Source of the DNA: an uncultured Candidatus Saccharibacteria bacterium
GTDB lineage: Bacteria; Patescibacteriota; Saccharimonadia; Saccharimonadales; UBA10212
DNA length: 64,000 nucleotides
Direction of reading: 5' to 3'
Assembly: GCA_964448095.1 (NCBI GenBank)
Contig: CAYUUT010000005.1
Span: 3,306-67,305 of the forward strand
The position numbers were made by a program, and so were the translations under genes. The notes under the pieces are model-generated. The model made no database searches, was not told the origin of the DNA, and saw only the letters and a program-made list of their open reading frames with translations. Shown here piece by piece: positions 26,352-35,087 of this stretch (within the stretch, counting starts at the first letter, position 1; every line of letters starts with the position of its first letter).

Positions 26352-26431
26352 CTAGTCGACGCGGGCGTCTTGGTTCAGCAGCCGCTGGCGCATTTGGGCG
26401 AAGCGGCGCTGTTGCTCTAGGGCGATTTCTT
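26352..26431. repeat. second copy of the 80-nt repeat (authentic rnj 3' end)
   Basis: See 25138..25217. The five mismatches fall at offsets 11, 30, 48, 60 and 66. Confidence 0.85.
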
Positions 26432-28424
26432 CGGGCGATTTCTGAGTCGCTGCGGCTGGTTCGCCGTTTTGGCCGCTGCCGTTAGCCGGTTTTTCTACCA
26501 TTCGGCCGCCAATAACGTTTACCACCGGAATGACAATCGGGCTACGTTGGGTCTGTTCGTACAGAAAGTGCGTAACGTAATCCTTTAACTCGGCCTTAAA
26601 GCGGTCTAAGTCGACGCGCTTATAGCGCTGAACTACCGCCCGGCGCAGCTCATTGCGAAAAGCGTTCATTAACTCTTCGTTGTCCTTCATGTAAATGAAG
26701 CCGCGGCTGATGATATCCGGACTGGTCAATAAAGTACCATTCTTTTTATCGATAGTTAGGACCACTGCCACTAAGCCTTCTTCGGCCATCAATACCCGGT
26801 CCTTAACTACGATAGTCGAAACAATCGCGCCGGTTTGGTCCACCAGAATGGTCCCGTGCGGTACTTGACCGTCTAGCTCCATTTTGTCTTTGGTGAAGGT
26901 CACAACGTCGCCGTTGCCGATGTTTGCAGTGTTAGCTCGGGGTATGCCGGCTTCAACCGCCACATCAATATGGTATTTCTTAGCGGTGTAATCACCGTAG
27001 ATAGGCAGGAAGAACTTGGGCTTGAGCATCTCAATCATTTCGCGGTACTCGTCCTGACTGCCGTGGCCGGAAACGTGCAATGGACCAACGTGGTCCACGT
27101 CGTGGCTTTCGTGCCGGTATACATGCACGCCCTTTTTCAGGAACTCGTCTACCATGGACCTAATCAATGCGTCATTGCCGGTGTAAGGAATTGGCGAGCC
27201 GGATAATATTACAGTATCCTGAGCTTCCAATTTTACGTGTCTGTGATCGCCGGTGCTCATCCGTTGTAGGGCGGAATTAGGCTCTCCCTGGACTCCTGTA
27301 CAAACCACCACTATCTCATCAGGCTTCATGGTAGCTACGGCGGCAATTGGCACGAAAGTTCCTTGGGGAATCTTCATAAAGCCATTGCGGACCGCCATCT
27401 CCAGTGTGCTGACTAGGCTGCGGCCGTCCATTGCGACCTTCCGGCCGTGTTTGACGGCGGCGTTAACAACCATCTGCACCCGGTTAACATTGGTTGAAAA
27501 CATTGCCAAGAAGACCCGGCCTTCGGCGCCTTCCATAATGTCGATGATACTTTGTTCGATTATCGACTCGGAAGGTGTGCGCCCGGGGCGGTCACTGGTG
27601 GTGCTTTCGCTCATCAGCAGCAAAACCCCTTCGCGGCCGAGCTCCATGAAGCGGTCCATATCGGTTTTTTCGTGGTCCAGCGGATTGGGGTCAAAGCGGA
27701 AGTCGCCGGTATTGACCAACCGCCCCACGGGCGTATCGATGACTATTGAGGTACTTCCCGGGATAGAGTGGGTTACCCTAACTAACTCGACGAAGAACTC
27801 GCCGATTTTCAAACGTTCGTGGGTAGTTTCGTTCATGACCACGGTTTTCAGCTCAAAGCCATCAGGCATTGGCACGCCGAAGTTTTGGAAGATTTCCTCT
27901 ACCCGGCCGATGGTAAACTTACTGCCGTAAACCGGAACGTTATATTTGGGTAGGATGTGTGGCAGGGCGCCGATGTGGTCCAGGTGCCCGTGGGTAATCA
28001 CGAAGGCTTTGATTTTGCCTTTGATCTGGTCCAGGTAGGTGGAATCGGCGATACCATAGTTGATGCCAGGTAAATCGACGCCTAGGTCATTGCCGCAGTC
28101 GATGACGATGGCGTCATTTTTATATTCAATGACCATCATATTCTTGGATCCACCGCTATCCATGCCGCCCAGACCCACAATCTTCAGGCGCGGGCTGTCA
28201 TCTATCTGGTTAGCGCGGCGCGGCTTTTGGTCGACTAGCGGCGCGGACAGGTATTGGTTGGCCACGCGGGTGGCGTCTTGGACCGCTTGTTTTTGGGCGC
28301 GAATAGCCGCGCCGCGGCTAACGTTGCGTCCGGTAGAGGTTATTTTACCTCTGTTATTGTTCCCTTGTTTAGGGTTGCCGCCGGGTTTTGCCGGATGGCT
28401 GGGTTTGTTATTTTTTGGATTCAT
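26352..28424 (-). CDS. rnj: ribonuclease J with a basic N-terminal extension
   Basis: Metallo-beta-lactamase HGHLDHIG motif, beta-CASP region and a C-terminal domain. N-terminal ~80 aa is Lys/Asn/Gly-rich. Confidence 0.85.
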   Translation of the reverse strand: MNPKNNKPSHPAKPGGNPKQGNNNRGKITSTGRNVSRGAAIRAQKQAVQDATRVANQYLSAPLVDQKPRRANQIDDSPRLKIVGLGGMDSGGSKNMMVIEYKNDAIVIDCGNDLGVDLPGINYGIADSTYLDQIKGKIKAFVITHGHLDHIGALPHILPKYNVPVYGSKFTIGRVEEIFQNFGVPMPDGFELKTVVMNETTHERLKIGEFFVELVRVTHSIPGSTSIVIDTPVGRLVNTGDFRFDPNPLDHEKTDMDRFMELGREGVLLLMSESTTSDRPGRTPSESIIEQSIIDIMEGAEGRVFLAMFSTNVNRVQMVVNAAVKHGRKVAMDGRSLVSTLEMAVRNGFMKIPQGTFVPIAAVATMKPDEIVVVCTGVQGEPNSALQRMSTGDHRHVKLEAQDTVILSGSPIPYTGNDALIRSMVDEFLKKGVHVYRHESHDVDHVGPLHVSGHGSQDEYREMIEMLKPKFFLPIYGDYTAKKYHIDVAVEAGIPRANTANIGNGDVVTFTKDKMELDGQVPHGTILVDQTGAIVSTIVVKDRVLMAEEGLVAVVLTIDKKNGTLLTSPDIISRGFIYMKDNEELMNAFRNELRRAVVQRYKRVDLDRFKAELKDYVTHFLYEQTQRSPIVIPVVNVIGGRMVEKPANGSGQNGEPAAATQKSPEEIALEQQRRFAQMRQRLLNQDARVD

Positions 28425-28467
28425 ATTAATTTTCCTTTCTTTTTAGAATTTATAAAAATGAATTTCT

Positions 28468-29049
28468 TTAATTAATTTGCGCCAAGATCCGCGGAACGCG
28501 GGCAAAATCGTCAATTAACGTTTGGCGCATGCCGCCGTTATAAAGCGCGGCGGCGGGGTGGAACAGAGGCAGGTAAACCTGACCTTGATATCTTTTCGGC
28601 TGCCCATGGCAGTCGCTAATTCTCAACCCGGGCGGCAACAGCACTTCCATGCTGTGGCGGCCTAGGGTGACAACCAATTTTGGCTTGATGACTTCAAGTT
28701 GACGGCGCAGGTAAGGCAAAAACGCGCTCTTTTCATCCGGTAAGGGATCGCGGTTTTCTGGCGGTCGGTATTTGACGATGTTGGTTATGTAGATATCTGA
28801 CCTCTTCATTTTAACGGTCGCCAGCATTTCATCCAAAAACTTACCGGCAGCGCCCACAAACGGTAGACCCTGCTCGTCCTCGTTTTTGCCCGGAGCTTCA
28901 CCGATAAAAACTACTTCGGCATCCGGATTACCGTCGCCAAAAACTATTTGCTTAGCGCCGACTGCCAGCTCCGGGCAAACCTTATCTTTTAAAATATCCT
29001 GTTTGATAGTTTCAAGCTCCTTGGTTTTTTTCGATTTGTCATTCATCAA
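28468..29049 (-). CDS. family-4-type uracil-DNA glycosylase
   Basis: [33 protein letters not shown] and HPAAALY motifs. Confidence 0.8.
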   Translation of the reverse strand: MMNDKSKKTKELETIKQDILKDKVCPELAVGAKQIVFGDGNPDAEVVFIGEAPGKNEDEQGLPFVGAAGKFLDEMLATVKMKRSDIYITNIVKYRPPENRDPLPDEKSAFLPYLRRQLEVIKPKLVVTLGRHSMEVLLPPGLRISDCHGQPKRYQGQVYLPLFHPAAALYNGGMRQTLIDDFARVPRILAQIN

Positions 29050-29050
29050 C

Positions 29051-29281
29051 TTATTTACGAATCAGATTGGTCACGCCGCGTTTTAGCTCTTTGGCCGCCC
29101 AAATCAGGAATATGATTGCCAAGGCATATTGCCAATAACTACCGTAATTAATAGCCAGACTGGCAAAGCCGTAGGCGATAGCTAGGAAAACCACAGCCAG
29201 CACAAAGAAGATCCAGCGATTGTTCATCAACTTTCTTTCCCAGTCTGGCTTTGGTTTGTTACCCATCTTATTTCTTCTCAA
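29051..29281 (-). CDS. small two-TM membrane protein
   Basis: 76 aa. Helices [22 protein letters not shown] and [12 protein letters not shown]. Overlaps the pnp 3' end by 14 nt. Confidence 0.5.
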   Translation of the reverse strand: MRRNKMGNKPKPDWERKLMNNRWIFFVLAVVFLAIAYGFASLAINYGSYWQYALAIIFLIWAAKELKRGVTNLIRK

Positions 29282-31406
29282 GTTCCCTGGCGGCAGCCTT
29301 CATACTTAGCTGCAACCGCCCGCGGTCATCTATTGCTACTAATTTTACCGTAACTTTGTCGCCTTCCTTAACTACATCGGATGGTTTTTCCACGCGCTCT
29401 TCTTTCATTTCCGAAACATGGACCAAGCCATCTTTGCCGGGCATGATTTGCACGAAAGCCCCAAAGTCCATAACGCTGACCACCGGTACGTCTTCGTAAA
29501 TCTTGCCGACTTCCGGCTCAGCTGTCAGGCTGCGGATGTACTGGATAGCGGCCTGAATGCTCTTTTGGTCGGGGCTGGCAATCATTACCGTTCCATCGTC
29601 TTTGATGTCAATTTCGGCGCCGGTCTCGGCAATGATTTTATTGATAGTTTCGCCGCCTTTGCCAATAACCTCGCGGATTTTGTCAGGGTTAATCATGATG
29701 GCTTCAACGCGGGGCGCATAGGGGCTGAGCTCTTTGCGTGATTCTCCCAAGGTGGTCAACATATGCTTGAGGATTTCCGCGCGGCCATCTTTGCCTTGTT
29801 CCAGGGCCTTCTTGAGTACTGCAACAGGCAGGCCATGGACCTTCATGTCCATCTGCAGGGCGGTTACGCCCTTAGCTGTACCGGCGGCCTTAAAGTCCAT
29901 ATCGCCGGCAAAATCTTCGGCGTCAGCGATGTCGCTCATGATGTAAGGCTTATCACCTTCCATCATCAGACCCATAGCAATGCCAGAAACAGGGGCTTTT
30001 AGTGGCACGCCGGCATCCATCAGCGCCAAACAGCTAGAGCAGGTCGCGGCCATGCTGGTGCTGCCATTCTGACTCATTATCTCGGTAACCGAGCGCATGG
30101 CGTAAGGGAAGTCGGCTTCGGCTGGCAAAACAGCACTGAGGGCGCGTTCTGCCAGATAGCCGTGGCCGATTTCGCGGCGGCCGGGGCTGCCTAAGCGACG
30201 GACTTCACCAACGGTGTAACCCGGTGCATTGTAATGATGCATGTAGCGGCGCTCGCCGTCGCTGACTTCCATGGTGTCGACCATCTGGGCATAGCTAAGC
30301 GGCGCCAGGGTGACTACATTCAAAGCCTGAGTCATGCCGCGGGTGAATATCGACGAACCGTGAGCCCGGGGCAAAAGACCGACTTCGGATGACAGCGGTC
30401 GGATTTCAGTTAATTTGCGGCCGTCGGGGCGAATACTATCCTTAACGATACCCTCACGCACGTCTTTGTGCAGCGCCATCTGGAAAACTTCATCGTAATC
30501 ATTTTTAGCAGCCGAGTAATCCTCGCCGATTTCTTCGGCGAAGTGGGCGTGCATAGCTTCGCGCAGGTCATTGACGATGTCGTTGCGCTCCGGGTAGGGC
30601 AAGCGCAGTCCAGCGCCCAGCTTGCCGGCAATCCAGGTCTCAACCCGCTGCTCAATGTTGCTATCAGCCTTCAAAAGCGTGTATTCCTGAGGTGTTACAC
30701 CAATCTTTTTGACTAATTCATTTTGCAGTTCGATGGCTGGCTGGATAGCCTTTTGAGCATATTCTATAGCCTCGATAATCGTCTCTTCCGGTACTTCATC
30801 AGCGCCGGCTTCGACCATCATTACGCCGTCTTTAGTGCCGGCAACCACCAGATCTAAACCGCCGTTTTTTAGCTGCTCAGCGCTGGCAAAAGCCTGCGGC
30901 TTACCGTTGACTAAGCCTACGCGCGCACTGGCAATTGGGCCGTCAAATGGTGCGCCGGTCAACATAAAGGCGGCGCTCATGGCAATCATCGCCACGGCAT
31001 CGGGCCGGAAGTCCGGATCCATACTCAGCATAGTCGCTACGCCTTGCACTTCATGGCGGTAGCCCTTGGGCCACAGCGGCCGGATTGGTCGGTCAATCAA
31101 GCGGCCAATAAGCACGGCGTCATCCGACGGTCGGCCTTCGCGCTTGATAAAGCGGCTGCCGCTAATCTTACCAGCGGCGTAGAATTTCTCTTCGTAATCA
31201 ATGCTCAGCGGGAAATAATCCATCCCTTGCACAACGTCCGAACCGACCATGGCGGTGCCCAGCACTACGGTGTCGCCGTAGCGCACCAGCACGCTGGCGC
31301 TGCTTCTAAAGCCAACGCGGCCAACTTCTAAGCTCAGCTCCCGGCCACAAAACTCGGTGCTGACTTTAATTATTTTCTTTCCAAAAGGGTTTATGGTTTC
31401 TGCCAT
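29268..31406 (-). CDS. pnp: polynucleotide phosphorylase
   Basis: Two RNase PH domains, a KH domain (IREVIGKGGETINKI) and an S1 domain (GAFVQIMPGKDGLVHVSE). Confidence 0.95.
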   Translation of the reverse strand: MAETINPFGKKIIKVSTEFCGRELSLEVGRVGFRSSASVLVRYGDTVVLGTAMVGSDVVQGMDYFPLSIDYEEKFYAAGKISGSRFIKREGRPSDDAVLIGRLIDRPIRPLWPKGYRHEVQGVATMLSMDPDFRPDAVAMIAMSAAFMLTGAPFDGPIASARVGLVNGKPQAFASAEQLKNGGLDLVVAGTKDGVMMVEAGADEVPEETIIEAIEYAQKAIQPAIELQNELVKKIGVTPQEYTLLKADSNIEQRVETWIAGKLGAGLRLPYPERNDIVNDLREAMHAHFAEEIGEDYSAAKNDYDEVFQMALHKDVREGIVKDSIRPDGRKLTEIRPLSSEVGLLPRAHGSSIFTRGMTQALNVVTLAPLSYAQMVDTMEVSDGERRYMHHYNAPGYTVGEVRRLGSPGRREIGHGYLAERALSAVLPAEADFPYAMRSVTEIMSQNGSTSMAATCSSCLALMDAGVPLKAPVSGIAMGLMMEGDKPYIMSDIADAEDFAGDMDFKAAGTAKGVTALQMDMKVHGLPVAVLKKALEQGKDGRAEILKHMLTTLGESRKELSPYAPRVEAIMINPDKIREVIGKGGETINKIIAETGAEIDIKDDGTVMIASPDQKSIQAAIQYIRSLTAEPEVGKIYEDVPVVSVMDFGAFVQIMPGKDGLVHVSEMKEERVEKPSDVVKEGDKVTVKLVAIDDRGRLQLSMKAAARELEKK

Positions 31407-31425
31407 AGCTGTGAATAGTTCCTTT

Positions 31426-31497
31426 CCGGTTCACGGGTCAGGGTGCAAATATATCTTCTTGTGCTATTGATATATCTGTAGCTCTGACCATGAACGG
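31426..31497 (-). promoter_or_regulatory. large imperfect stem-loop in the pnp 5' leader
   Basis: ccggttcacgggtcag pairs with ctgaccatgaacgg, giving about 13 bp with one internal loop and one bulge. This encloses a nested atatatc/gatatat hairpin. The analogy to RNase III-processed pnp leaders is inference. Confidence 0.35.
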
Positions 31498-31556
31498 TCT
31501 TTAGTATTTAATGTGCACAAGCTTATCAGCCAATGGCTGAGCTGAGTCTGGGCACT

Positions 31557-31823
31557 TTAGCGGCGGATGCCAAGCCGCTTGATAAGGGAGAGATAGGCCT
31601 CGCCATCCTTTGAAGCAATGTACTGCAACAGGCGCTTGCGCTTGCCAACTAACTGTAGCAATGCCCGGCGGGCGGCAAAGTCGTGCTTGTTGGTCTTAAG
31701 ATGCGCGGTCAATTCAGCAATCCGCTCGGTCATAATGCCGACTTGCACGGCGCTAGAGCCGGTATCAGTCTTGTGCGCAGCCAAATCAGAAGTAATCTTG
31801 GCCTTCTTCTCCGAAGTTATCAT
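31557..31823 (-). CDS. rpsO: 30S ribosomal protein S15
   Basis: 88 aa. GSSAVQVGIMTERIAELTAHLKTNKHDFAARRALLQLVGKRKRLLQY. Confidence 0.9.
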   Translation of the reverse strand: MITSEKKAKITSDLAAHKTDTGSSAVQVGIMTERIAELTAHLKTNKHDFAARRALLQLVGKRKRLLQYIASKDGEAYLSLIKRLGIRR

Positions 31824-31844
31824 TCTTGACTACATTCTAGCAGA

Positions 31845-32528
31845 TTAGAGACTATTTGACAACCCCTGTTGGATCTTGGTGAAACTGATACCCTCCAGGG
31901 AGATTGCTTGATTTGTCTTGAATTTACCAACAGAGGTGCGCCGCAGAGCTGATAGATAAGCGCCGGTATCCAGCTCTTTGCCAATATCCTCAGCCAAAGT
32001 CCTAATATAAGTACCGCTGCTAACAGACACGGAGAAGCTCAGCTTAGAATAAGCGTACTTTATATCTGTTATTGAGTAGATTTTGACTTGCCGCGGTTCC
32101 AATTTTACTTCTTGGCCTTTGCGGGCCATATCATAAGCTCGACGGCCATCTACTTTAATGGCGCTATAAATAGGCGGGACTTGGCTAATATCCCCTATAA
32201 AATCCTTTAAAACAGCCTCAATTTTATCTAAATCGGGCTTTTTATCTGATTTTTCGGTGATTTCACCTTCCCTGTCGCCTGTAGTACTGGTCTTGCCGAG
32301 AGTTAACTCTGCTTCATAAATTTTATCCAATTTACTGAATTCAGCTGCCCGCTTAGTGTATTTGCCCAAAACCAAAATCATCAGGCCGGTGGCTGCCGGA
32401 TCCAGTGTGCCGGTGTGGCCAATCTTAATCTTTTGTCCGGTTTCAGCTTTAATAATCCCGCGTACGCGGGCTACCACGCCAAAACTAGAAATCCCAGCCG
32501 GTTTATCGACCAGCAAAATGCCATCCAT
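31845..32528 (-). CDS. truB: tRNA pseudouridine-55 synthase
   Basis: DGILLVDKPAGISS and GHTGTLDPAATG catalytic motifs. Confidence 0.85.
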   Translation of the reverse strand: MDGILLVDKPAGISSFGVVARVRGIIKAETGQKIKIGHTGTLDPAATGLMILVLGKYTKRAAEFSKLDKIYEAELTLGKTSTTGDREGEITEKSDKKPDLDKIEAVLKDFIGDISQVPPIYSAIKVDGRRAYDMARKGQEVKLEPRQVKIYSITDIKYAYSKLSFSVSVSSGTYIRTLAEDIGKELDTGAYLSALRRTSVGKFKTNQAISLEGISFTKIQQGLSNSL

Positions 32529-32547
32529 TGGTCAGAGTATATAGGAC

Positions 32548-34086
32548 TTAGGAATCAGATGATTTTTTATAACTGGGGCTACTGGGCAGCATAGCGCCGG
32601 GATTGGAGCTAAGTGGCAGTGGCGGCGGCACGGGCGGCGGAGCAGCTGGACCCGGGTCATCTTCGGACTGCCCAGCCGATGTGGAGGCAGATATTTCACC
32701 GTTGCCGTTGGCTGGCAAGTCCAAACTGGGCGTGTCATCCGAATCAGCGGTTGAGCCGTGTAGCTCAGGCCCGACCGGTTGGGCATTTAGTGCCTCTACT
32801 GGACCGGCGGCCGCCGGATCAAAAGGAGCGCTATCTAGAGCTCCTTCCACGGCATTGCGGGCGCTGTCTAGGCTTGAGCCATCTGACGGGTGGGTGGGTT
32901 TTATAATCTGTGAAGGCTTATATATGGCGTCACTTTGCTCATTGCTGCCCAGCGGGTCTATTGAAACCTCCGGATCTAATCCCCCGTTTTGGGTGTCGGC
33001 GGTAAAAGCCGAGCTCATAGCCGGCGGCCGACCGGGATCCATCAAGGCATGCGTTTGCTGCACTTCGGGTGTAGTAGCGTCAACCGGTTTAGGCGGAGGT
33101 GCAGACGGGGGCGGAACTGGCGTATTGTTTATGGTTTCGTCCATGGCCACCAGGTTGCCCTGCTTATCGATCTCAATCTCTTTGGGGTTGATTTCTACCT
33201 CGCCATCGTCAGCCTTTTTACCATGTCCGATGTTTAGGGCGCCGTCTCTTCTGGCCTTAGTTTTAGAAGGCTCGACTTCTTCGAGCGCCGGCGGAGCCGG
33301 CGCTCCCTTTATAGGTGCGGCCGGCGGCGGGGCTGGCGGTTCCAGCTTGCTGGCGATTAGCTGTTGGTTAGCGCCGGCGGCCATCAGCTGGGCGGCCATA
33401 GTCATAACTTTGGGCGAAGTGTGATCATTACTAAAGCGCTTTGTCTCAGCCACCAGACCCGTCAGGAACGAGGTAGCCATCTGGCCGTCCAGCAAACCGG
33501 TTCCAAAAGCTTCGCTAATACTTACAATCATCTCGGATAAACTGCTGGCAGCCGGGTCCTGCCAGTTAATCTGTCCCAGTTGCGGCGCTTTACCCGGTCC
33601 GGTATTCACCGAAATCACAGTGGCGTCGTGCAAAATCCGGCCATGGGCGGCGATAGCCTGGTCAATCTGCGTTCGCTCCTTAATACCCAGAGCAATCACC
33701 ACTTCAACGTTAAAATCACCGTGGCTGAACACTAAATCACTTTCACTAAGGGAAGTCTTGTACGGTGTTATAAAGACGCGCACCACATCGTTTTCGACCT
33801 TGTAGCGCAACTTATCGGCCTTATTTTTATCCAAACTGATAATAAAATCTTGCAGGCTATCGGTGTTGGTCTCGATAGTTTTCTCGGGCTGCAAGAACGC
33901 CAGGACAGAGGGCACTTTGCCGGAGAAGATGGCCGTGGCGTGCTTCTCTATCCTGTTCAGCAGCAAAGTTAAACCAATACAGGCTGCCAACTGGTCTAAT
34001 GAAGGGTTATTGTTAACCGTAACCAGAATGTTATTGGCCTGTTTAACGCGCTCAACTATCTGTTGTTTTGCTGCCGTCTGGTCCAT
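32548..34086 (-). CDS. DHH/NrnA-like protein with degenerate catalytic motifs and a long Pro-rich C-terminal tail
   Basis: Conserved position upstream of truB. The fold-level pattern resembles NrnA, but VTVNNNPSLD replaces HxxxDxD and ISVNTGPG replaces DHH. The C-terminal ~250 aa are low-complexity and P/A/S-rich. Confidence 0.55.
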   Translation of the reverse strand: MDQTAAKQQIVERVKQANNILVTVNNNPSLDQLAACIGLTLLLNRIEKHATAIFSGKVPSVLAFLQPEKTIETNTDSLQDFIISLDKNKADKLRYKVENDVVRVFITPYKTSLSESDLVFSHGDFNVEVVIALGIKERTQIDQAIAAHGRILHDATVISVNTGPGKAPQLGQINWQDPAASSLSEMIVSISEAFGTGLLDGQMATSFLTGLVAETKRFSNDHTSPKVMTMAAQLMAAGANQQLIASKLEPPAPPPAAPIKGAPAPPALEEVEPSKTKARRDGALNIGHGKKADDGEVEINPKEIEIDKQGNLVAMDETINNTPVPPPSAPPPKPVDATTPEVQQTHALMDPGRPPAMSSAFTADTQNGGLDPEVSIDPLGSNEQSDAIYKPSQIIKPTHPSDGSSLDSARNAVEGALDSAPFDPAAAGPVEALNAQPVGPELHGSTADSDDTPSLDLPANGNGEISASTSAGQSEDDPGPAAPPPVPPPLPLSSNPGAMLPSSPSYKKSSDS

Positions 34087-34216
34087 GTTTTTGTTTTTTT
34101 GTGAGGTGAAGTTTTTGTGAGGTGACTTCTGAGACTTAGCCTAACATAAGCTTTTAGGCTAGGCAAGGAGTTTTTACACTTTTCAAGAATAGGAGCTAAA
34201 ATATCTGCCTAAACAC

Positions 34217-34245
34217 TTTACAAACAGGGGTTGAGCCTGTATAGT
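34217..34245 (+). promoter_or_regulatory. rpsT promoter implying a leaderless transcript
   Basis: TTTACA-17nt-TATAGT, then 8 nt to the ATG at 34254, with no SD. Confidence 0.5.
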
Positions 34246-34253
34246 TACAGCTC

Positions 34254-34589
34254 ATGCCAATTATTAAATCTGCCAAAAAGCGCGTAAAAGTGGCCGCCAA
34301 GGCCAATGCTCGCAATGTTCAAACCAAGCGCACCCTGCGTGATGCCCTAAAGGCCTTCTCTAAGTCTGTTGAAAGCGGTAAGACCGCAGAAGTAGCCAAG
34401 GCCGAAAAGGCCGCAGTCAGCGCCCTGGATGTAGCGGTTAAAAAGGATATCTTACACCGTAATAAGGCCGCCAGGCAGAAGTCCCAATTATCCAAACTGG
34501 CCAAGGCCGCTGGCGCTAAGCCCACCAAATCCGCCGCAAAACCGGTAGCCAAAAAAGCGCCGGCCAAAAAGCCCGCTGCTAAGAAGTAA
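34254..34589 (+). CDS. rpsT: 30S ribosomal protein S20
   Basis: MPIIKSAKKRVKVAAKANARNVQTKRTLR... is canonical S20, with a Lys/Ala-rich tail. Confidence 0.9.
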   Translation: MPIIKSAKKRVKVAAKANARNVQTKRTLRDALKAFSKSVESGKTAEVAKAEKAAVSALDVAVKKDILHRNKAARQKSQLSKLAKAAGAKPTKSAAKPVAKKAPAKKPAAKK

Positions 34590-34606
34590 TCACCCACCTA
34601 TTCCTC

Positions 34607-34635
34607 TTGTGTTTTTAGGCATAAAGTGGTACAAT
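34607..34635 (+). promoter_or_regulatory. strong promoter upstream of the GC-rich small ORF
   Basis: TTGTGT-17nt-TACAAT with an extended -10 TGg. The GTG start listed at 34626 lies inside this promoter. Confidence 0.5.
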
Positions 34636-34736
34636 GCTGTTCGTCTCTGAGTTTTGGGGATGTTCGCTCCGCGAACGCTAAAGAGAAACTAGAGAAGTTG
34701 CTTCAGTCTTCGACAAGAAAGGAATGGGATCATCAA

Positions 34737-35045
34737 ATGCCTCAGCCCAAGCGGCTTGAACCGCAACACTCCTGCTTCGGCCCGGAGATTCCCTATGGGC
34801 TCGACAGAGATCCTGAGGGTGCCCGCTCCAGAAGAAGCCGTTCCGGCGGTTTCATGCGTGTGTGCGCGTTCGTAGCGCTGGCGGCTTTCACGGCTTACGC
34901 CGGCTACCGCACTCACACGACCGGTCCGGGTGTCAGCTCGGACAGGTGGACCGGACTCTTTGCCCTCTCGATGATCGCCTTCGCGTTCACCGCGCTTCTT
35001 CGGATTCCGAAGATCGCGAACTCGAAGCCCTTCAAGCACGACTGA
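34737..35045 (+). CDS. small two-TM membrane protein on a GC-rich patch
   Basis: ATG at 34737 (MPQPKRLEP...). Helices MRVCAFVALAAFTAYAGY and WTGLFALSMIAFAFTALL. GC rises sharply from about 34745 by eye. Confidence 0.45.
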   Translation: MPQPKRLEPQHSCFGPEIPYGLDRDPEGARSRRSRSGGFMRVCAFVALAAFTAYAGYRTHTTGPGVSSDRWTGLFALSMIAFAFTALLRIPKIANSKPFKHD

Positions 35046-35051
35046 AGCCCA

Positions 35052-35080
35052 TGGGCTCCGCCGCACCGCGGCGGAGCCCA
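35052..35080. terminator. GC-rich hairpin between convergent genes
   Basis: tgggctccgccgc-acc-gcggcggagccca forms a 13-bp stem, 8 nt from the holA stop. Confidence 0.6.
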
Positions 35081-35087
35081 GCTTCAT

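Noticed and set aside
32603-33424. 273-aa plus-strand ORF (and 32613..32906, 32989..33237) inside the DHH-like gene
   Set aside because: It lies antisense to a Pro/Ala-rich low-complexity coding region, which naturally keeps the opposite strand open (Gly/Ala/Ser-rich shadow). No start context.
34096-34125. 14-nt direct repeat TTTTTGTGAGGTGA x2 (2-nt gap) upstream of the DHH-like gene, containing SD-like GAGGTGA and GTG-AGG-TGA mini-ORFs
   Set aside because: It is on the strand opposite the adjacent gene, and the mini-ORFs are 2 codons long. Probably a promoter-region duplication without demonstrable function.
34626-34736. GTG start at 34626 giving a 139-aa version of the GC-rich ORF
   Set aside because: The GTG lies between the -35 and -10 of the best promoter in the region (within the TGg of the extended -10), so it would not be on the transcript.
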